Positions 25,389 through 31,796 of a stretch of DNA of 31,796 bases are shown in pieces. The stretch is from contig JBBISH010000079.1 of the NCBI GenBank assembly GCA_037441385.1, forward strand, positions 1 to 31,796. The letters run 5' to 3'. Source of the stretch: Myxococcales bacterium (lineage in GTDB: Bacteria > Myxococcota_A > UBA9042). Below the pieces are notes generated by a model. It was not told the origin of the DNA and did not search any database. It saw only the letters and a program-made list of their open reading frames with translations. Every line of letters starts with the position of its first letter. Position 1 is the first letter of the stretch. Both the position numbers and the translations under genes were made by a program.

Positions 25389-27602
25389 CTATTTGAAATC
25401 GTTGCCTTTTTGTTGACGCATGGTCAGCGCGATGCGCTTGCGACCCAAGTCGACTTCCACCACCGCCACCTCGACTTTTTGCCCCACCGCAACCACCTCA
25501 TGTGGGTCCTTGACGAATCGGTCGGCCAGCTGCGACACGTGCACCAGCCCGTCTTGGTGGACACCCAGGTCGACGAACGCCCCAAAAGCCGCAACATTGG
25601 TCACGATTCCCGCAAGACGCATCCCGGGCTTCAGGTCTGCCAGGCTGCGCACGTCGTCGCGAAACTGCACCACTTCGAATTGCTGGCGCGGGTCGCGGCC
25701 CGGCTTGTCCAACTCGGCAAGGATGTCGCGCACGGTGGGCTCACCCACGTCGCCCCCAACGTAGCGCTTGGCGTCGATCTGCTGCAATAGCGCACGGTTG
25801 CCAATCAGACGAGCGACGTCGGTGTGCAGGTCGCGGGCCATCTGCCGCACCATCGCGTACCGCTCGGGGTGCACGGCCGACGCGTCGAGCGGTTCCTTGC
25901 CGCCAGCGATGCGCAAGAAACCCGCCGCCTGCTCAAAGGCTTTGGGGCCCAAGCCCTTGACCTTCAACAGCGATTGCCGGTCGGCGAACGGACCGTGTTC
26001 GTCGCGGTGCGCCACGATTTTCTTGGCCAGGCTGGGCCCGATGCCCGCCACATGCTGCAGGAGCGACTCGCTGGCCGTGTTGAGCTCGACACCCACCCGA
26101 TTGACGCAGGACTCGACGACTTCCCCCAGTTTTTGTTCCAGCAGTCCCTGGTCCACGTCGTGCTGGTACTGACCCACGCCGATGGCCTTGGCCTCGATCT
26201 GCACCAACTCGGCGAGCGGATCCTGCAGCCGGCGGGCGATGGACAGGCAACCCCGCACAGTCACGTCGAGATCCGGGTGTTGCCGCCGCGCCAGCTCAGA
26301 GGCACTGTACACGCTCGCCCCCGCCTCGCTCACCATCACCACCGGCACTTGGCTGCTCCCGCTTTCGCGCAGGGTTTCGCGTACAAACGCCTCGGTCTCG
26401 CGGCCCCCGGTCCCGTTGCCAATCGCGATCGCCGCGGGCGAAAAGCGCTGGACGGCCCGCAAAAGGTCTTGCCGTGCCCGGTCTTGCGCCACATCCCCCT
26501 GCACCAGGTACAGCACCGTGTGGTGCAGATGGCGGCCCTGCGCGTCCACCGCCGCCAACTTGCAGCCGGTGCGCAGCCCTGGGTCGATGCCCAGCACTGG
26601 CTTGGGCCCCAGCGGCGCGGCCAGGAGCAGGTTCTCCAAATTCTGCGCAAACACAGCGATCGCCTGCCGATCCGCGCGCTCCTTCAGCTCGCCGCGCACC
26701 GCCGAGGTGATGGCCGGCCAAAGCAGCCGCTCCCAGCCGTCGACCACGGCCTCGCGCAGCAATTCGGCAAAAGGCGAGCGGGGTTGCTCGCCCAGCCGGC
26801 GCAGGGTCTCGGCCTGCCACGCCCCAGCGTTGCCCAGCAGATCCACAGACAACGCCCCCTCGGTCTCGCCGCGACACAGCGCCAAGTAGCGATGCGAGGG
26901 CAGTTGCGCGGCACCTTCGCTGTACTCGAAGTAATCGCGAAACTTCTGCGCCTCGGGGGGCAATTCACCGCGCTTCTTCTTGCTCGTTACGTGGCCAAAG
27001 CGCATCGCCGCCGTGCGCAATTCGGCACGAATATCGGCGCGCTCACTCATGTTTTCCGCCACGATGTCGCGCGCACCGGCCAGCGCGGCCTCCGCGTCGG
27101 CCACACCCTTGGCTTGGTCCACACCCTTGGCTTGGTCCACAAAGGCCAAGGCTTCGCGCTGCGGCGACCCCGTCAGCGGTTGCGCCAGGATGCGCAACGC
27201 CAAGGGTTCCAAGCCTTTTTCGCGCGCCACCTGGGCACGGGTCCGCCGCTTGGGTCGGTAGGGTAGGTACACATCCTCTAGCGCCGCGCGATCCACGGCG
27301 GCTCGCACGGCCTGTTCCAGCGCCGGAGTCAGCGCGCCCATCTCGGTCAAGCTGTTGAGGATCGCGGTCTTGCGATCGGCCAGGGCCTTGGCCTCGCCGT
27401 GGGCGGCCTGCACGTCGCGCAGCTGCTGCTCGTCCAGCCCGCCAGTGGCTTCCTTGCGGTAGCGCGCCACAAACGGGACTGTCGCGCCGCCGTCGAATAG
27501 CGTCACGGCCGCGGCCACGGCCTGCGCGGCCAAACGCAGTTGCACGGCCACTTGGTCGATCAGAGCTTTGGCTTGCGGATCAACTGGGAGAGGAGCAGTC
27601 AC
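25389..27602 (-). CDS. tex: Tex/YhgF RNA-binding transcription accessory protein
   Basis: GATVPFVARYRKE, LEDVYLPYRPKRRT, GIDPGLRTGCK, EAGASVYSAS, RRLQDPLAELV, GVGQYQHDV, HhH repeats, and S1 domain FGAFVDLGVHQDGLVH. Confidence 0.96.
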   Translation of the reverse strand: MTAPLPVDPQAKALIDQVAVQLRLAAQAVAAAVTLFDGGATVPFVARYRKEATGGLDEQQLRDVQAAHGEAKALADRKTAILNSLTEMGALTPALEQAVRAAVDRAALEDVYLPYRPKRRTRAQVAREKGLEPLALRILAQPLTGSPQREALAFVDQAKGVDQAKGVADAEAALAGARDIVAENMSERADIRAELRTAAMRFGHVTSKKKRGELPPEAQKFRDYFEYSEGAAQLPSHRYLALCRGETEGALSVDLLGNAGAWQAETLRRLGEQPRSPFAELLREAVVDGWERLLWPAITSAVRGELKERADRQAIAVFAQNLENLLLAAPLGPKPVLGIDPGLRTGCKLAAVDAQGRHLHHTVLYLVQGDVAQDRARQDLLRAVQRFSPAAIAIGNGTGGRETEAFVRETLRESGSSQVPVVMVSEAGASVYSASELARRQHPDLDVTVRGCLSIARRLQDPLAELVQIEAKAIGVGQYQHDVDQGLLEQKLGEVVESCVNRVGVELNTASESLLQHVAGIGPSLAKKIVAHRDEHGPFADRQSLLKVKGLGPKAFEQAAGFLRIAGGKEPLDASAVHPERYAMVRQMARDLHTDVARLIGNRALLQQIDAKRYVGGDVGEPTVRDILAELDKPGRDPRQQFEVVQFRDDVRSLADLKPGMRLAGIVTNVAAFGAFVDLGVHQDGLVHVSQLADRFVKDPHEVVAVGQKVEVAVVEVDLGRKRIALTMRQQKGNDFK
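27101..27141. repeat. Perfect in-frame 18-bp tandem duplication inside tex
   Basis: CCACACCCTTGGCTTGGT x2 plus CCACA, encoding VDQAKG-VDQAKG-V. Confidence 0.9.
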
Positions 27603-27659
27603 GATGGTGCCTTGGCCGCGGGCTGCGGCGACGGTAGGGTAGGGATCGAGGGCTGTTGG

Positions 27660-28823
27660 TTACGTAGCCAGCCAGGCGGCTTCCTCTTGCTCTAGCTGGC
27701 GGCGCTCGGCGTTGCTCAGCCGTTGCGCGCTGGGTTGCCAACCCGGGCCCAGCTCGCTTGCTGGCGCGGTCGGCAGCAGGGTGCCCAAAAGCTGCTTGCG
27801 CGCCACCAAGGCCGCCTCGACGGCCGCTCGCTGAAGCAGGGCCGGATGCGTTGGCTCCACGAGGGCCGCTGCCTGCCGCGCCACCCGCGCGTCGCGCGAG
27901 GCCACCCGCTCGACCAGCCCCGGCACCGGCGGCCACATGGGCGCCGCCATCGCCGCCGCCGCTTTGCGCAGCGCCGCCTCGCCACTTTTGGCCAGGCTGG
28001 GCTCCAGGTGAATAGCCAAACTCAGCAAGCCGCTTAGGTAATCGCCAGGCAGGTCGTCGCCGCCGGCCCGCCAGGCCGCCAGCACCTGCGGCAACGCCTC
28101 GGCACCGCGGAGGTAGGCCAGACCCTGCACGGCCGCCCAGCGCGCGGTCGCGTCCAGCCCGTGGTCGGCGGTGGCCACGGCTTCCAGCAGGTCGGCCGCC
28201 GCTGCGCTGTCGCGGTCCATGAGTTGCGCAGCGGCTTGGATGACCTCTAAGTGTGCACAACCGCTCCGCACCAACGCTCTCAGCCAGTTCACGACTCGCG
28301 GATCGGCAAACCGGCCCAATGCCGCCACGGCCAGCAGACGGTCGTCGGCATCTTCCGGGCCGTGCCGAAACGCCGCCAGCGTCACCGTCGGCAACGCCTC
28401 GGCCGGACCGTGGCGGGCCAAGAAGGCGGTGGCCTCGACGTCGGGCAGCGTTTGCGCCCGCTGTGCGCTCGCCACCTTGCCCAGTTCGCACCACTGTTCG
28501 GCCACCAGCGTCGCACCCTCGCCCAGCACCCGCAGCCCCGCGTTCGCCGAGCGAGCATCGCCCTGCGCCACGCTGGCCACGGCTGCACGGGTCAACTCTG
28601 CGCCCGGCGCCGCGCCGTCGCACAGCGGGGCCAGCAGGGTCGCACGGCTCACGGGTGTGGCAATTTGCCACAGTTGCGCGACGGCCCGGTCGCACGCGTC
28701 GCCGTGCTCCGCAAGTAGCAGGAAATAGGTAGCCCGCAGGCTATTGAATTTCTGCGGAGTCTGCTGAGGATCCTCGCACAGCGCCGCCAGCTTCTCGTAC
28801 CAACTGCGAACGTCTGCGTGCAT
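27660..28823 (-). CDS. Hypothetical all-helical HEAT/ARM-like repeat protein
   Basis: Long ORF with GAGG upstream of ATG 28823. Ala/Leu-rich with HEAT-like units (DRLLAVAALGRFADPRVV, ARWAAVQGLAYL, DARVARQAAAL). Confidence 0.65.
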   Translation of the reverse strand: MHADVRSWYEKLAALCEDPQQTPQKFNSLRATYFLLLAEHGDACDRAVAQLWQIATPVSRATLLAPLCDGAAPGAELTRAAVASVAQGDARSANAGLRVLGEGATLVAEQWCELGKVASAQRAQTLPDVEATAFLARHGPAEALPTVTLAAFRHGPEDADDRLLAVAALGRFADPRVVNWLRALVRSGCAHLEVIQAAAQLMDRDSAAAADLLEAVATADHGLDATARWAAVQGLAYLRGAEALPQVLAAWRAGGDDLPGDYLSGLLSLAIHLEPSLAKSGEAALRKAAAAMAAPMWPPVPGLVERVASRDARVARQAAALVEPTHPALLQRAAVEAALVARKQLLGTLLPTAPASELGPGWQPSAQRLSNAERRQLEQEEAAWLAT

Positions 28824-28868
28824 CTTCAACCTCGACCCGGTGCGTTGGGTGGCCTGCGGCGGTGATCT

Positions 28869-30527
28869 TCAAGCTGCGGCCTTGGCGGTTCGCGACCGAC
28901 GCCGCCGCCACAGCAGCGCAGCCACCACCACCAGCAGCACGCCCGCGCCGGCCTCGGCCGGCAGCACCCAGGCTATGACTTCGGTCTTGCTCGCCAAGGG
29001 ACCTGGACTCTTTAGGTATTTCGCCACGCGGCCGTCTTCGGCTTCCATCCGATCCAGGCACAGCCGCCGCAGCCGCCGCGCCGCCGCGTCGCCGTTGCCC
29101 TGGACAAACGCTTGCCAGTACAACCGGGTGGCCGTCAGAGCCCGCCGCACGGCCGCCGCATGCAAGTGGTCCAGCGCCGCCAGTCCTGCGGCCACGTCGC
29201 CGCGATTGGGGTCACCCAGGTCGCCGGGCTGCATCGGTTTTTCGTCGGGCAGGCGCAGGCCCAACTGGGTCGCTCGCGGACCGGCAGCGCGCAGCATCGC
29301 CTCGTACATGGCGGCGCCGTCGCGCGAGCCGAGTTTGGCCACGGCCCGCACCAGCAGTTGCGCCGCCCCCTCGTGCCACGGTTGCGCCTTGAATGGCCCG
29401 GCCAGGTGCGGCTTTAGCTTGTCGCCGAGCTCGGCTAGCAGCGCCGGGTCGTCCGTGTCACCGCCGGTCCAGGCCGCCACCAGCTCGGCCGGGGCTGGGC
29501 GATGGCCGCGGACATCATCCAGGCGGTCCTGCAGCCAACGCTCGGAAAGAAGGTGCAAGTTGCTCAGCAGGTCCAGGCCGATACGGACGAAGGTCGGCTG
29601 CGGCGCGAAGCGGCCGCCACCTGTGCGCAAAGCCTCAAGAAACCACATGATCTTGGCCTTCTTGAACACCTCGTAGCTGCCGACTTGGGTGTTGTGCAGC
29701 GGACCCGCCGCGTCTTGCACGTAGTGCAGCCCGGCCGACGCCCACATGAGGGCCAGGTACTCGCCGCCCGAGTTCTGGTTGAGGTCTGCCCAAGCCAGCG
29801 CCAGGACCGCCATGTCCAGGTGAACTTGTGCCATTTCCGCGGCGCTGGTCACGACGGGCCCCTCAAAGCCCGCCGCCACCACAAAATTCCACGGCTCGCT
29901 CTGCAGCACGGCCACGTCGGCGCTGGGTTTGTCGGCAGCCAACTGGTAGTGGGCATGCGCTTGACTTGAAAGTCCTTCCAAATCACCCATATTCAGGATG
30001 AGCGGGTCGGCCGGCACTTTGCGACCGTCTGGCAGCAGCACGAGTTGCCGCTTGTCGTCGTAGGCAAAGCGACGCTGGTTACGCTGGTCCAAGTCCGGTT
30101 GCGCGCTGCCCTGCACGACCAGATTGAGGCGATCCGGCGCGCCTTCGCGATCGAACTCTTCCAGGCCCCATACCGCCGGGGTCGGCTCGCGCGACAGGCC
30201 CAGAAAGCCACGAATTCCAAAGGCATCAAACGCCCGCGGGTTCTTGAAACGCTTTTGGAACCGCTCGGGATCGCCTTGGTCTTGCTCGGGCGTCGGCGAC
30301 GGCGAGGCCAGCGTCTGGCCCAGCCACAGGTAGAACGCGACCAGTTGATCTTCGGTCGGGGGCGTGAGCTCGCCCAGCTTCACGTGTTGGCGCAGCGCCC
30401 GCTCGGTCAGCCAGCGGTGGACCGCGACGGTGCTCGCTTGGGCGACGCTGGGCCAAGGCAGCAGAGCCAGCGCCACCAGGCTGGCCAGCCAACGCAACGG
30501 AATATTCGGGGCAGGGCGGTGCAGCAT
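28869..30527 (-). CDS. Membrane-anchored Zn-dependent phospholipase C / S1-P1 nuclease superfamily protein
   Basis: Signal peptide (AQA-S), N-terminal VHRWLT, QPD, HAH, LHYVQDAAGPLH, HLLSE, and C-terminal TM + RRRR. Start uncertain (30527 or 30539). Confidence 0.65.
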   Translation of the reverse strand: MLHRPAPNIPLRWLASLVALALLPWPSVAQASTVAVHRWLTERALRQHVKLGELTPPTEDQLVAFYLWLGQTLASPSPTPEQDQGDPERFQKRFKNPRAFDAFGIRGFLGLSREPTPAVWGLEEFDREGAPDRLNLVVQGSAQPDLDQRNQRRFAYDDKRQLVLLPDGRKVPADPLILNMGDLEGLSSQAHAHYQLAADKPSADVAVLQSEPWNFVVAAGFEGPVVTSAAEMAQVHLDMAVLALAWADLNQNSGGEYLALMWASAGLHYVQDAAGPLHNTQVGSYEVFKKAKIMWFLEALRTGGGRFAPQPTFVRIGLDLLSNLHLLSERWLQDRLDDVRGHRPAPAELVAAWTGGDTDDPALLAELGDKLKPHLAGPFKAQPWHEGAAQLLVRAVAKLGSRDGAAMYEAMLRAAGPRATQLGLRLPDEKPMQPGDLGDPNRGDVAAGLAALDHLHAAAVRRALTATRLYWQAFVQGNGDAAARRLRRLCLDRMEAEDGRVAKYLKSPGPLASKTEVIAWVLPAEAGAGVLLVVVAALLWRRRRSRTAKAAA

Positions 30528-30647
30528 GGCCGCCAGCATAGCGCCCGCCGCCGCTGCTGAAAACGGGGGCCGTGTCAGCCACGCCGTGCGCTCAATGGCT
30601 TGATATGTTTGGAGACTATCAACCAAGTCGGTGGACGCGCCTGCGCG

Positions 30648-30995
30648 CTAGACCCGCGGCAACTCGAAGCGAATCGGCCGGCCCAGCTCTGCCGAGACCG
30701 TCTCGCCCAAAAGGTCCTGCAAATCGCCGCCGTGGACCGGATCGACCCAGCGACCCTCTTGCAGCTGGCAATGCCAGGCCCGGTCGCCGGCGGCATACCA
30801 CAACTCGCGCAAGGGCGCTTGATGGTTCAGGATAAACACCTTGCCGCCCTCGGCGTGGCCGTGGCCCAGGCGGATGCGCACCACGCCGGCCTGCAGTTCG
30901 GCCTCGACCTCGTCGGGGTCCTCGCGGTCCAGGCGCGCCAGCACGCTGCGGTACACCGCATCGGCGAGTTTGCGAAAAGTGCTTTCGTCCATCAT
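30648..30995 (-). CDS. cyaY: Frataxin-family iron donor CyaY
   Basis: MDESTFRKLAD..., GVVRI, ILNHQAPLRELWYA, G..WHC, W; SD AGAGG. Confidence 0.85.
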   Translation of the reverse strand: MMDESTFRKLADAVYRSVLARLDREDPDEVEAELQAGVVRIRLGHGHAEGGKVFILNHQAPLRELWYAAGDRAWHCQLQEGRWVDPVHGGDLQDLLGETVSAELGRPIRFELPRV

Positions 30996-31019
30996 CGGTT
31001 GCCTCTTTCTGCGGGGGGC

Positions 31020-31427
31020 CTACTCGCCCTCGCTGACCGCGTTGCGATTCCAAGTCGGAATCTCGACTTCGATGTCTTGGCTGCCGTTTGGCACGCACTG
31101 GCAGGCCAGCCGCGATTGGGCGGTCAGCCCCGGCGCCGTGTCCAGCATGTCTTCTTCGGCCTCGTCGGCCGGGTTGCACGAACCCAAGCCCTTCTTGACC
31201 ACCACGTGGCAAGTCGAGCACGAGACCACGCCGCCGCACGCGTGATCCACGCGCACCCCGTGGTGCAGCAAAATGTCCAGCAGCGACCCGGGACGTCCGT
31301 CGCGGCCATAGGGCAGTTGCTCGGGCGCCACCGCGATGGTTTGGCCGCTATTGGCAATACGCAAGGTAAACGCTTGCTTGGCCACAGGAATTGCTCGTTG
31401 AGCCAGGTAGGGATTGACGCCACCCAT
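31020..31427 (-). CDS. fdx: 2Fe-2S ferredoxin, ISC/adrenodoxin type
   Basis: HACGGVVSCSTCHV, EEDMLD, SRLACQC, IPTWNRN; N-terminal MGGVNPY extension. Confidence 0.92.
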   Translation of the reverse strand: MGGVNPYLAQRAIPVAKQAFTLRIANSGQTIAVAPEQLPYGRDGRPGSLLDILLHHGVRVDHACGGVVSCSTCHVVVKKGLGSCNPADEAEEDMLDTAPGLTAQSRLACQCVPNGSQDIEVEIPTWNRNAVSEGE

Positions 31428-31796
31428 CGCTTCACCGCTGCCGCTGACCTCGGCGTGGTGCCGAGCGCGGACCATTTTGGTCCGATTTGGCCGCCCGCGC
31501 AAGTCGCCGGTGGGCATGTAGCGACAAGGTCATACCAATTCCGTCCGAATCGGATCGAAAACTCGGGCAATTCTTCGGGCCCGAACCGGGGTCCCCGCCT
31601 GATTCTCGCCAGTTGCAGAACGGGTCAGAAAAGCCGTACAGGCGCGAATCAGGTGAGGTGCGGATTAGGTGATTGCGGGCGCCACGCCACGCCCGTGTCC
31701 GGACCGGGACGAACTCGGCTTGGCTCGGCCCAGGCTACCGCCCCAAATTCTTGCGAAGCTGTTCGCGCTGACTTTCAAAGGTCAGAGCCGCCAGGA

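Noticed and set aside
1..31796. CRISPR array, tRNA, rRNA, integrase, transposase or reverse transcriptase
   Set aside because: No regularly spaced direct repeats, cloverleaf or T-loop motifs, or recombinase/RT catalytic motifs were seen.

Overview
GC-rich (about 70-75% in sampled core-gene lines) chromosomal window, most likely from a Myxococcota/Deltaproteobacteria-type genome (MYXO-CTERM protein, Cys-rich secreted proteins, kinase-STAND-TPR protein). About 22 CDS. The first ~4.1 kb looks accessory. It holds the 3' part of a large mosaic surface-type protein (Cys repeats, low-GC 7-blade propeller, FGE-sulfatase/CLec domain), then an orphan ParB-like CTPase-fold protein with a perfect 18-bp parS-like palindrome 9 bp after its stop, a REP-like palindrome, and a DUF433/DUF5615 toxin-antitoxin pair. 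Both accessory segments have G-rich left flanks and C-rich right flanks. The rest is a mix of housekeeping and envelope genes: Ser/Thr kinase-STAND-TPR, MBL-like protein, CNG-type K+ channel, IgGFc-binding lipoprotein, PA14-EVE-pdxB operon, an elongated GlmS, an EF-G2 paralog, a partner-matrixin-methyltransferase cluster, a second FGE-domain protein, Tex, a HEAT-like protein, a membrane-anchored Zn-PLC/P1-nuclease-like protein, CyaY and an ISC-type ferredoxin. The best candidate for a new system is the ParA-less ParB plus parS-like module coupled to the variable surface-protein gene. No rRNA, tRNA, CRISPR array, integrase, transposase or reverse transcriptase was seen.
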